Source: Syncephalis fuscata S228
Lineage: Eukaryota > Fungi > Zoopagomycota
Reading direction: 5' to 3'
NCBI GenBank assembly: GCA_025786725.1
Contig: JAHLTZ010000012.1
Location: 662,020-726,019, forward strand
DNA: 64,000 bases
In this document: positions 35,573 through 47,330 of the stretch, piece by piece
Layout of the letters: each line of letters starts with the position of its first letter
Position numbering within the stretch: the stretch's first letter is position 1
The notes under the pieces: generated by a model
The model's database searches: none
What the model was told of the DNA's origin: nothing
Seen by the model: the letters and a program-made list of their open reading frames with translations, nothing else
Translations under genes and position numbers: made by a program

Positions 35573-36080
35573 CTGTTATTAATTTATTAATTTATTACCA
35601 TTCATTAAACGACTTGTACAATTATTAACTGACCAAAGCGTAAAATACTTGCCATACTTGAATACCAAACTTGCAATATAATATGGAATCATAAGGTATT
35701 GGCTGTCAAAAGTATACATTATAGTTTTAAAGTGAGCTGCTTATTATTGTTTTTTACTGTATTGTATTCAGTTTTAATGAACATCTTAAAATACCCACGA
35801 AATTAATAATTAGTTTATTGTTCAATTAGCAAAATATGTTACGAAAGACTGTTTCTTCATTTAATACACATTAATATCTAATAATAATAATTGATTCGTT
35901 CCCTGGATGCACAGCCATTTGCCATTTTGATTCGCGTCTCTTTCTTCTATCTTATTGTTTCTATATACTTTCAACTGGCTGTCTTAACTAGCTATAATAC
36001 TACTGACGTTCGCTCTTATTGCTGTCATTTCTCATCATCTATTTACACGAGTGTGATAGTTTGTAACTACTATTGTCGTC

Positions 36081-38991
36081 ATGCCAGCCGTGAAGCAGAA
36101 GGAACTTGTTGACCAGCTATCTTTGGCTAGCGAGGAGGAACGCCATCAATCGCTATGTTTTTTGGCCAACAGCGTCATTGGCAATAGAAATAAAAAGGAT
36201 CAGTATGCTAAACTGGGCGTCGTACCTAGGTAAGCACCGGCTTTTAAAAGTCTGTCAAAATGCTGATTAGCGCTGCAGTCTAGTTTATATCTTGCAGGAA
36301 GCCAATTCTTCGATTAGCGACCGCATAAAAGCGAGTAACATTCTTGGCAGTCTTACGTTTGGTAGGCTATATTATATTACACAACAATGGCGTTGGCCTT
36401 ATCATAAAAATAGGTGGAGACGACTCCTTACAGGCACTAAAAGATAATCAAGCAGCACGTGCACTCCTAGATGTACTAGCTGTTCAGGAGGAGCCTGCAC
36501 TAATGGAAGCTTTGATCAGAGCATTGAAATCGCTATTTAGTGTTATGAAGCTGGGTAAATATCAACTGTTACAGGTAAATTAATATGTAATAATTTATTG
36601 GCTACTTCGTTACTCAACACTAGTAATAGGACAAAGATATCGAACGGTTGGTCCATCTATTGAATCCAGTTGCTTGGCGTGTTCCACCACATTCAATTAT
36701 TCAAGCGGCTCGTATAGGCCAACATGCTGCCAAAGCTATTGCTTACTGTTGCGGCTCCCATGACCTACAAATGAAATGGTTTACGGCCGGTGCAGCCGGT
36801 GAATTGTTAATCCTGGCTAATTGTGGATTTGTTAAAGTAAGAATAGAACTAACGTTATAAGTAGAGTGATGTAATTATGTTAATTGTTATAGGCACAAGA
36901 ATCGGCACTAGAAGCATTGACTAATTTGTGTTATCAAAATATAGTTATTTCAAATTTTGTGGGACATAATACATGTAAGTAACACTTATGTTAATAATAA
37001 AATATAATATGAACACAGTTACAGTTTATGTTGCAAACACTTTTGTAAAAGATGAAGACAAAAAACAGAAAAATAAAGTGGATAATCAACAACACCATCG
37101 AGATGTACTGGTACAGCTATTGTATCATTCAGATGCCCATTTAAGGCTACTTGCCACTACCTGGTAAGTATGAGATGCTATGGATAGATTGTAGTGGCAG
37201 TATTACTGACTTATTGTAGCGTGGTTAATATGTATCGTGTAGGCTCCATTAATGACCGTGCTGAACAGGTCAAACTAAGTGTCATGCCTACATTAATTCG
37301 TATGCTGCAATGTGATGATCCATGGGTGGAGGAGCGGGCATCTATTACATTTGGTAAGATCAATACTACTGCTGATGTATTATATTCTAATATAACAGCT
37401 ATAGCCTATCTTGTTGGAGAAAGTGCTGAATTACAAGAATCAGCCTCTGAAACAGATGTTATTCCTGCCTTGTGTTCAATTTTAGAAACACTGACCGATG
37501 AAGATGAGTTGTCGTCTAGCCTTAATAAGAATACACCACAAAAACCTATATCTGTATGTTCATTACAAAATGGGCCAAATCGCAAAGAGGTTAGTAGTAA
37601 TAACTAGGCATATTTAACCATATATTTACACCGACTATGATAGAGTATTTTATTAGCAATTGCTGCTGTCTGTTCTTTAAAAGAAGATTGTCGTAAAAAG
37701 GTGGTTGAGACACGTATATTACCACGTATTGTGGCTGCTCTTTCGCATGCATCACCCCGAGTTCGCATTGCAGCATGCATGTGTACGCGTAGTTTATCTC
37801 GATCGGTGAAAAACTTGCGTACTGCATTGGTAGATGCTGAAGTATCAGCACCTATTTGCAAGGTAACAATCAACCAATAGACTATTGATACAATAGACTA
37901 ATCGCTAGTTCAGTTATTATCAGATCCAGTAATTGAAGTACAAAATATGGCTTTGACTACCCTGTGCAATTTGGTATTGGACTTTTCAGCATTAAAAAAG
38001 GTAAATAATTGATATTTATATGGATATCAATGTTAATATTGATTAATAGACGGTGTTGGAACAAGGCATTTTAGTACAGCTAGTAGAGTTGATTGGATCA
38101 GAAAATACACAGCAGCGCATGAATGCAGTATGGACGTTGGAAAGCTGTTGTACAATGCTAATCGAGAAGTAAAGTCGGCTGTAATGACGGCACTGACCTT
38201 TGAACGATTAGTAGCGTAAGTCGATAAACCCAATATTAATAGTAATAGCATTATTAGTTAACAATATTGTAGATTATTAGATGACAATGATGAAATTACA
38301 CAAGAACATACATTTGGTCTACTTCGTAATTTAATTTGTGGCAAAGAAACGGTAATAACTATAATCGAACTATTGTTTATTAGTATGTTAACCAATCTTA
38401 TATTATTAGGATGTAGCTATTGTACTGGAGGGTATTGGTGAAAATGTTCTACTTGACCAATTAAGCAGCAAATTGAGACATACAAACACTCAGGTGGTTG
38501 TACAGGTGAGTAGTAGCTTAGATTAGCCAATATGGATGGAGTTAATAATTGTTATGGCCATTTTAGACTATTTACGTCATTGCAAACATGGCCACAGGCA
38601 GTGAACAGCACAAGACTAGTTTAATGGAAAACAGCTCGATTATCAATGGTATAGTTGAGTGCTTGGTAAGCCACACTGACTATTAATTACTAAATTACTA
38701 ACTTGGTTGTAACAATAGGATCATGAGGCTACAGCTGTACGTGAGGGTGCTGTATGGTGTATTATCAACCTATGTTGGTATGAAAATACAGCACCAAATG
38801 AGCTAAGAGGTAATTTATTTAAATATTTATATAGCAAATAGTATTTGCTTATCATAACAATTGAATGTGTAGGTGTACGAGAACGTATTCGTAAATTCAA
38901 CAGTTTCGGTGTACTGGATCGTATACGTCAACTGGCCAATGATCCAGATCCCAATTTACGAGAAAGAGTGGCTACAGCGCTGATCGATTGA
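36081..38991 (+). CDS. ARMC8: Armadillo-repeat protein ARMC8/Vid28 (Gid5) homologue, many exons
   Basis: FLANSVIGNRNKKDQY, VRIAACMCTRSLSRSVKNLRTALVD, TLCNLVLDFS and VREGAVWCIINL. The C-terminus may extend to ~39059 if a 1-nt deletion is corrected. Confidence 0.85.
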
Positions 38992-39257
38992 CACTGCCAT
39001 TTGACTTACCTATTGGATCAAGCGCTTATGTACCGCTTACTACAACTACGCCCAACTAATTAATTAATTCATTTAAACTGCCTATTACAACATGCATGAC
39101 ACTATTTTATCTTTTTGTGTGAAACACGACAACATAGTAAATTGTTTATGGTTTGTTATTATCGTTGTTGTGGTGACTGTAGAGGTCAAGATATAAAATA
39201 AAGGCAATGTCAAAAAGGCTGTATTATTTGAGCCTTTAAACGAATCATTTAACGAAT

Positions 39258-39767
39258 CTACCATAATTGGCGACGTCGTTGACGGTTCAGTCCAATAAGA
39301 CGACGCTTATAACCATGACCTTCACGAGTCTCCTCTACTTTCTTGGTTAACACTTGTCGTTGAGCATCGGGACATGGCGCGGTAAGTGCGACAAATAAGC
39401 GTGAACAGCCAAACTTTTCAGCCAGTCTTTTTTGCGTCCAATGAACTGGATCTTGAGCGCGTAGCGTACGCATTGCTTCTTTATCCGCCGCTGTAAGATG
39501 GAACTTTTTCTCCACTATTGGTTTTATTGGTGGAGGCAAGGTGGTCGATGTAGAGTTTGGCTGTGCATCAGCCGTATTTGTTTGAGGAACACGACTTACC
39601 AGTAGACTGCCGTCGGCCAACTCACGATGATAAACAGACGATGCTAGTGCACCAGCCAAGCTTTTACTATACGCTTTAGTGCTAACTTTCATGCATTGCT
39701 GCTTCAGTAGGATAGATCGCGCTGGCACTACTGATTGCCTTAACATATTCGCTCCAAGGAAAAGCAT
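39258..39767 (-). CDS. MRPL20: Mitochondrial ribosomal protein mL58 (fungal MrpL20 family)
   Basis: KKFHLTAADKEAMRTLRAQDPVHWTQKRLAEKFGCSRLFVAL...RRRQLW; single exon with a presequence. Confidence 0.82.
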   Translation of the reverse strand: MLFLGANMLRQSVVPARSILLKQQCMKVSTKAYSKSLAGALASSVYHRELADGSLLVSRVPQTNTADAQPNSTSTTLPPPIKPIVEKKFHLTAADKEAMRTLRAQDPVHWTQKRLAEKFGCSRLFVALTAPCPDAQRQVLTKKVEETREGHGYKRRLIGLNRQRRRQLW

Positions 39768-40349
39768 GACTAACTACAACGGTAAAGTTAGATCAGCCTA
39801 CTAACTGTAGTACTCGTTATTGTAGTAGCGACGCGTAGATTCAACAAAAGACAGGACAATAGTTCGGGATCCAAATCTACAAGAATAAAATAATGGCTTA
39901 ATCGATCAGAATTGAATTGACATAAATCGCATTGTATTTTTATTAAATTAATACATGTTGCACGAGTCTATAAACCATCTAAATAAGCGATATTTATCCA
40001 GCATATCATTTATATTTACTATCTACAATCTACGTAATAAATTAGTGCCTATTTACTAGATACTACCTCGTAGTAGTTGTTGTAGTAGTTTGTAGTCAAG
40101 TACATCGATCATGTCCATCATCAAATCTTTTGTTTTTTCTAAATCATTTTCCTTTTTACTAGCACTTTTGTGATTGTATAGCCTGTGTGACCTCGTTCTT
40201 TCTTTGACAACAACACGCCCGAGTGTGCACCATTGTCGCTCTTTTCTTTCTCTCCCACTCGGTCTCTAGTCTATTGTACAGCTTATTGTCGTTTAAAACA
40301 TTGCTTTACTGCTGTTGGATTGCCATAACGATCTGGTGCTTTAAACAGT

Positions 40350-41707
40350 ATGAGAAATATTGTCGTTATATCCGGTAAATGGACCGTTAATCTCGTTGAC
40401 GACCCTTCATGCTAACCTGTCTACGCTACTGAATAGGTTCGTCCAATCCTGAATTGGCCGAGTCTATTTGCTCCCGTCTGGGCGTTCGACTTGGCAATGT
40501 CAAACTGAGCAAGTTTAGTAATCAGGAGACAAACGTTGAGATATTTGAATCGGTCCGTGATAAAGATGTGTATATTATCCAGTCGGGTTGTGGCCGTGTC
40601 AATGACAATCTTGTTGAGTTGATTATTATGCTGGGTGCTTGTAAAACAGCATCGGCCAAACGAGTTACAGCAGTTATTCCGTGCTTTCCTTATGCACGCC
40701 AGCCAGATGCACCACATCGTCAAGGTCGCTCCTCGTTCTATCATCGCTTACAGAATGGTGATCAGGCCCAATACATTGATTCAACGTCGGATGATTTTGT
40801 CAATAAGCTATCTGAAGAACGAGATGCCGCTGAAGCCGGTTTAGTACTTAGTCCAGATTCGGATCACATGCCAGATCGTAAACCAACGGTGGCCACCACT
40901 ACATTTGCTGAAGAGGCTACGACAACAAATCCTAAAGATAATGGTTATAAGCAGTGGCCAGCTCGTCCTGGTACACTTATTGCTGATATGTTGACCAGTG
41001 CTGGTAAATGGTCTATTTATTTAGTGTAAAGCAATATTGATTAGTGTATTGTTATTATTTATAGGTGCTGATCATATAATTACCATGGATTTACATGATC
41101 CACAATTCCAAGGATTCTTTGATGTGCCAGTTGATGTAGTCTACGCACAACATACAATACTCGACTATATTAGACATCATATTCCTCATTGGCGTGATGC
41201 AGTTGTTGTATCACCAGACGCTGGTGGTGCTAAACGGTAATTGATCAATGTAAATAATAGCCATATTCAATATTAAACGAATACTGTTTATTTAGTGCCA
41301 CTCAAGTAGCCAACTACTTAAATCTTGATTTTGCACTCATTCATCGTGAAGGCATGGCCGACGATGCATCACGCATGGCTTTGGTAGGCGATGTTCGTGA
41401 CAAAACGGCCATTATTATCGATGATATTGCCGATACTTGTCGTACTTTATGTCTTGCCACCGATATTCTATGCAGTAATGGTGCTTCAAAGGTATACGCC
41501 ATTGTAACACATCCAATGCTATCGGGTCGTGCCTTGGAAATACTGAATAAGTCACCGTTAAGCCGTGTTGTCGTCACTAACACTATTCCTATTGAGAATA
41601 AGCGTGAAATTTGTTCTAAATTAGAAGTTATCGACATTTCAGGTACATTTTCCGAAGCAATTCGTCGTTCTCATAATGGCGAATCGTTATCTCAGATGTT
41701 TGCCTAG
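40350..41707 (+). CDS. Ribose-phosphate pyrophosphokinase subunit with an internal insertion (Prs5-like)
   Basis: MRNIVVISG|[64 protein letters not shown] and [14 protein letters not shown]. Confidence 0.92.
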
Positions 41708-41774
41708 CGAGTGGTTATTCACTTCTATGCATTGCTTAATAATACCAATAAAACAATGATCAGATATAGATTTG

Positions 41775-42772
41775 TTATTTATTTTTTGAACGATGAGTGG
41801 TCGATGATTTGGCGTCATTAATAAATCCATGGGCACTTAAAAGTTGACGGGCTGCATTATTAATGTGTTTAAACCGATCTGGTCCAAGTTGAATACCGCC
41901 ATACCAACGCGATACCACTACTACAACATTACGTGCATCGACAATTTGTAGTAAATGTAATAGGCGACTACCTGCTGCTGTTTCACCATCATCATTACAA
42001 TCTAAAATAAAAGCGTATTAATTAAAGGTATTAACTACTACTATTATTATTATTATTGACCTTGAAGTACATGACTTGATGGTAATAAAATACGATAAGC
42101 ACTAATGTTATGGGTGGCTCGAGCAATTTTACGATCCATTAACAAAGTATTAATTACTCGATCCACATCATTAGTTGAGTGGATGGTTGCTAAATGAGCT
42201 ATAAATGTACTTTTACGATCAATAATAGGTTCACCGCGTAGAATCTGATCCTCGGGCCATAAATCTAGACTATTACCACGATGATCAAGTACTTGATTAG
42301 TTGGTGATTCTAAATATTGGTCTATTAAACTATCTTTATGGTTTTTAGATAAAGTATTAGTCATAGCAAGTTGCTTTTGCCTTTCTTCTTCTTCTTTCTG
42401 TTGTTGTTCAAATTGACAGCACTGTTCTTCAATATAGTCGGTAAGCCATACCGCCCATGTAAATAAAACAACTTCTCCTTGTATATACTGCTCCAATAGT
42501 GCATCCACTATCTCTTGTTGCCTTTGTTTCGACAGCCAGCCATTAGGAACGAGTAGTTCAATAATAGGCGGTGCTATAGATGGATAGTCAGCTGGTATAT
42601 GGATAAGTAGTTTTAGTTGGCGTGTAGCAAAGCGTGTTTCCGGCACAAATAGCCATGCTTCATCGTAGTCAGTATCGCGAAAGTAGTGGTTACTTCCGTA
42701 TATCGACTCTAGTGCCAAATGCTCCTCACGTTGCTGTTCTAGATTCTCGTGTTGGCTTAATTCGCTTGCCAT
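41775..42772 (-). CDS. YIH1: IMPACT/Yih1 (RWD plus UPF0029 domains)
   Basis: EEHLALESIYG, PADYPS, DRKSTFIAH, KIARATHNISAYR, then after one intron DCNDDGETAAGSRLLHLL, VVVVSRWYGGIQLGPDRFKHIN. Confidence 0.93.
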
Positions 42773-42828
42773 TATAAAAGTGAATAGGTGATAGAAATAA
42801 AAATAAGCGCTTTTTAACCGGCGCCATC

Positions 42829-43821
42829 ATGATTCCTACGCCTGATCTTGGACATTTACACGCTAAGGATTACCAACAAGTTTACGAGCCAGCAGGTAAG
42901 CAAGCATCATGACTGCAATGGAATCAAGGAAATAAATACTTTATTTAGAGGATACGTTTTTGTTATTGGATGCACTAGAACAAGACCAAGCCTTACTACT
43001 CGAGCAAAAGCCGCGTATTTGTTTAGAAATTGGGTAAGCGTTTTAATTAAACCAATACTAGCATGGCTACAAACATTTATCGCATTATAGATCTGGCTCT
43101 GGATGTGTTTCTACCTTCTTAGCCACGGTTATTGGAAAGACACAGGCTAGTAAGATGAATAGTTGGTTATAGAGTTAAATTAACACTATTTAATGGACTA
43201 TTTTAGTATTTATATGCACAGATATTAATCCATATGCTACTCAAATAACAAAGCGTACTGGAATACAAAATGACGTAAGTAGTTGGTTTAATTAAACGAA
43301 ATATACACATTAATTAGCGTTTATTATTTATATTAAGGTGGTGCTTGAACCAATCTGTACTGATTTAACCGATGGTCTACGATTAACAGGCCGCGTGGAC
43401 GTACTTGTATTTAATCCACCTTATGTACCTACACCGGCCGAAGAAGTAGGCCATAATGATATTACTGCATCATGGGCTGGTGGTATTGATGGACGTGAAG
43501 TCGTTGATCGATTATTGCCGCGTATATCTGTAAGTAATATGATAGTTGGTAATTATTCGTTATATATATGTATACTGGCAAGCATAGCTAACAACTAATA
43601 ATAGCAACTGCTTTCACCCCATGGTCTATTTTATTTAGTAACAGTGCGCGAGAACAAACCACAAGATATCATTGCAGAACTTGCTCAGCATGGATTAATT
43701 GGCGAGGTAAAACGACCGTGTATTTATAATACATTTATATTAATTAGCATGGTAGACGACATGTGAACGACGATCTGGCCCAGAACGATTATCGATTTTA
43801 CGATTTACTAGGGGCCAGTAA
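42829..43821 (+). CDS. MTQ2: eRF1 glutamine methyltransferase HemK2/N6AMT1
   Basis: MIPTPDL...VYEPA|[16 protein letters not shown]|[26 protein letters not shown] and [10 protein letters not shown]. Confidence 0.94.
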
Positions 43822-43887
43822 TCATTTTAGCTAAAAAAATTAAATAAAACTTAATAAGGATTTAATCCTTTTATTTAACTTTATACT

Positions 43888-44304
43888 ATGTCTTGTACAC
43901 GAGAAAGTATCAAACAGCTACGCCAACACTTAAACAAACGGTGTCGCACTACTATTTCGGATGGTCGTGTATTTGTCGGTTGGTTTGTTTGCGTTGATAA
44001 AGATAAAAATGTAGTTGTTCAAGGAGCCGATGAATTCGTGGGTAGTAAGTTTGTTATAGGCCGTCTAGGACAAGCTACTATAGTATACTGATTGGCGTAA
44101 CAACCTTGCTTTGCTTTATCCTATATAGCTAGTTCTCGTTTTGTTGGTATGGTTATGATTCCAGGAGAACACATAGTACGCTTTGAAGTACAGACTCATC
44201 CGACTGGCCTTTCGACAACCGCGCATAATAGTAGTGACAATCCTCTTGTCCAGAATCTAACGACTATTAAAGAGACGGTCGATCATTATTCAATGTACCA
44301 ATAA
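43888..44304 (+). CDS. MAK31: NatC auxiliary Sm-like subunit Mak31/Naa38
   Basis: Sm fold: RTTISDGRVFVGWFVCVDKDKNVVVQGADEF, then after one intron SRFVGMVMIPGEHIVRFEV. Confidence 0.82.
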
Positions 44305-44386
44305 ATAAACCCTTAATAACTATATAGAGTCAACTATGCTTTATTTCCAGATTAGAGCAAATTGCTTAGCAGTAGCCTATGTAAAG

Positions 44387-44781
44387 CTAAGCATGAGAGG
44401 CAAGTGTCTTTATCTTTTCTTCTACTTGAGCAGCGCTCAAGTTATCCACGATCGCATGCTGCTCCTTGCCATGATCTAAGCATTACTCCTGTTAGATAAT
44501 ACACGGTTGCTTCTACACCAATTGCTTACCATAACGAGCATAGATTACTGGTTTAATGCCAGTTGCTTCACGAACAAGGATCGGTAAGTTTGGATTGGCA
44601 CTTTTAAACGCTGTATAGTTGGCTTTGACATATTCACTACGTGGAATCCATTTAGTGTCTAACTACGTATTGAATCAATAGCATGCTTTGCTTACCGTAC
44701 ACCCTGGCTGGAAGGAGACGTTTGGCAAAGATGAATACGCAATTCACGCAATTGCTTAGCAATAGGACCACGCCACGACAT
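44387..44781 (-). CDS. NDUFA2: Complex I subunit NDUFA2/B8 (3 exons)
   Basis: MSWRGPIAKQLRELRIHLCQTSPSSQGVR|EYVKANYTAFKSANPNLPILVREATGIKPVIYARY|DHGKEQHAIVDNLSAAQVEEKIKTLASHA*. Confidence 0.92.
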
Positions 44782-45076
44782 GATGAACAGAAATACGCTT
44801 AACAGAAAGTAATAAAAAATCGTATTGTTGATTGACTATTATTTTGCATCCCCAAGGACAGTAAATCATTTTACGCAACTGATTGTAGTGATTTGATTTG
44901 ATTAAATTGCGTTTAAATGATCATTCATAATAAACATTAATGTAATATCATCATTCGCAATAAACATTAGTATAATGTAATAACAGTATTATTTTTATAA
45001 AATAGAGTTGATTGTAACAGAGCATTGTATTAGTAGTTGCCATTTTAAACATTTCAATAAAACTTGCGTTTAAAAT

Positions 45077-45546
45077 CTAAAAAGTCTCATTGAGACGAAC
45101 CCGCGTTCTCTGCGGTGATTGTGTTGTCTGAAATAATCTGGCAAATTCAGCTGGTCTGCCATGACATCCCGATTCCACATCACCTGGCAGTTTTGGCAGA
45201 CTAAGGTGGTGTGGTGGGTATGACCATTTACAGCTACCTTTTCTATTAGACTTCTTTCCTTATAGACATGACAAATCTATTAAATTGTTACATTGTTAAA
45301 TAAAATAATGATTACATTAAATACTTACCTGAGAAGAAAGATATTCATCAATTTTAATGGCAACAAGATCTCCACGACACTCTCGTCGTTTCAACATTTG
45401 CCAGCACCTGTTGACAACAGCAGATCGATGGCCCTTGTATACATTGTTCTGCTTGCCAAACATTGCATCGCCGAATACAATAAGTGGCATTTTGTCAGTC
45501 GTTTGTAACCTTGCTGGACGCCATCCTTCTTTTCTCTTGTGGATCA
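45077..45546 (-). mobile_element. Intron-containing Fanzor/TnpB-like remnant C
   Basis: KMPLIVFGDAMFGKQNNVYKGHRSAVVNRCWQMLKRRECRGDLVAIKIDEYLSSQ, then a GT-AG intron at 45277-45328, then ICHVYKERSLIEKVAVNGHTHHTTLVCQNCQVMWNRDVMA. An internal deletion follows, then RPAEFAR in another frame. Confidence 0.85.
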
Positions 45547-46014
45547 CTGTTAATTATATATACAAAGGCGTAGTTTAGAGTAGATATGTTTACAAGTATT
45601 TTATTTAACATTCAATAGACACTGTTGCTTATATACTGAATCCAATGCTTAAAAGTTTAGTTGTCAATTATAACATCATGTTCTATGATAATGCATTTGT
45701 TTATGCATTGATATTTATCCTTCTTATTTACCAGTGACATTGTTTTATGAATATACTTGTCTTTATTGTTTGTTGTTTGTCATTCTTATTACACTCATTG
45801 CTTTACTGTTGACACTGTTTTATGAATATATTTGCTTTTATGCAATTAATTTTTATTCTTTCTTTTATTCCACCACTTAAGCAATTCTCTCATCTGTATT
45901 TTAGTTTGTTCATAGTTTTTTTATGTACAATGCCATTCGATTTGTGAATTGTATATATTACATTATTTACTAATTAAATAAAGATAGTTTTTTACATCAA
46001 ACAATTTATTAGTT

Positions 46015-46468
46015 ATTTATTGTGATTTGATGATTAAATGACTATTTAATAAATATTCATATATCTAAACTAAGCTTTCTTTCCATTGAGTATGATGATG
46101 GGTGGTAAATGACATCAAGTTTAAAATACTTATTATTATAGATTTATTATCCAGTATGCATATATCCTTAATTGTTTATATTATTTCTATACTATTTCAT
46201 ACTGCTATATATTATTCTAAAATATGCTAGACACGTTTGATTGTTTATATGCAGCAATATACTTTGCTCATTTTCCTCATTGTATTATATGCACTATAAC
46301 TTAATATTGTTTTATATGCTTTCTTACTGTTCATTTATCATTTATGAATCATTCTATACTCAAATAGCCTTCCTCTATCCAAAACTACTTTTATTTTTGT
46401 TCTAGCTTTATTATTAATAAATGTCGACTAATTCCGCTCATTGATCATGCATATATACTCAATAGCTT
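46015..46468 (-). repeat. Dispersed non-coding repeat, copy 1 (more AT-shifted)
   Basis: The reverse complement aligns by eye with 54406-54810, with shared blocks attagtcga.attta, gttttggataga, aatgagcaaagtatattgc, ggatatatgcatactggataa and accacccatcatcat. Confidence 0.85.
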
Positions 46469-46852
46469 GAACATTACTAATCTCGTTCAATATTACATAT
46501 TCATTATAATGGTTATCATTTTATTATATATTGGCTATACGCTTTTATAGCCGTTGTCGGTATAGTTTTAACTTTTTTATTAATAGAATTGATCCATCGC
46601 ACTTAGTCTGTTCACTGAGTTATATTGGTAGAACAAACAACATGAATATGAACAGAGTTATGTTTTATTAAGATTATTTATAATAAACTAGATCATGGCA
46701 ATTAATTATGATTTTAATGCTAATCAAGCAAAATGATGAGTATATATGGTAATAACACATAATGTGATGATATATGAATACCGGATAATGAATCTACAAT
46801 GATGATACAGTTTATTTAACTCAACTAACAAGTACTAAAAGTTAAAAGTTAA

Positions 46853-47020
46853 AATGAAATGGTACATAGCATGTATATATTACCGCAACAACAACGATTG
46901 CGGAATGGTATGGAATTAATCATATGGCTTTTATTAATATTCAATTAATCTCTCTACACATGACCAACAATGATCGGTCTTAAATGTTCCAAAAAATCAA
47001 ATGATATGTTACACTATTTA
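46853..47020 (+). mobile_element. Fanzor-like remnant D (RuvC-III end, degraded; same family as B)
   Basis: NNDCGMVWN/NHMAFINIQLISLHMTNNDRS*MFQK; DNA similarity to 26810-26945. Confidence 0.7.
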
Positions 47021-47033
47021 TTTAAAAGGCTAC

Positions 47034-47330
47034 GGTTGGATTTTACTTTGCTTCTACATCTGTCCCCAAAGCACAATTCGTTCCAATCAGAGTTATGCTG
47101 CTATGATGTACAACATAGTTATATTATTTTCTATTAAAATATTGTTAATAAATTGATTTAAATGATGTAACATATTATTTGATTTTATTAAAATATTTGA
47201 GGCCAATTATTATTGTTGTTAGTCATGTGTAGAAAGATTGATCGAATATTAATAGAAGCCATATGATTGCAATTCCATGTCGTTCCTCATTACTTCTGTT
47301 GCATGTTTGTCATACTGCACATCAAACTGT
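47034..47330 (-). mobile_element. Fanzor-like remnant E plus conserved 3' non-coding tail (same family as B)
   Basis: WNCNHMASINIRSIFLHMTNNNNNWPQIF* at 47188-47277, followed by 47137-47034, which aligns to 26949-27055. Confidence 0.78.
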
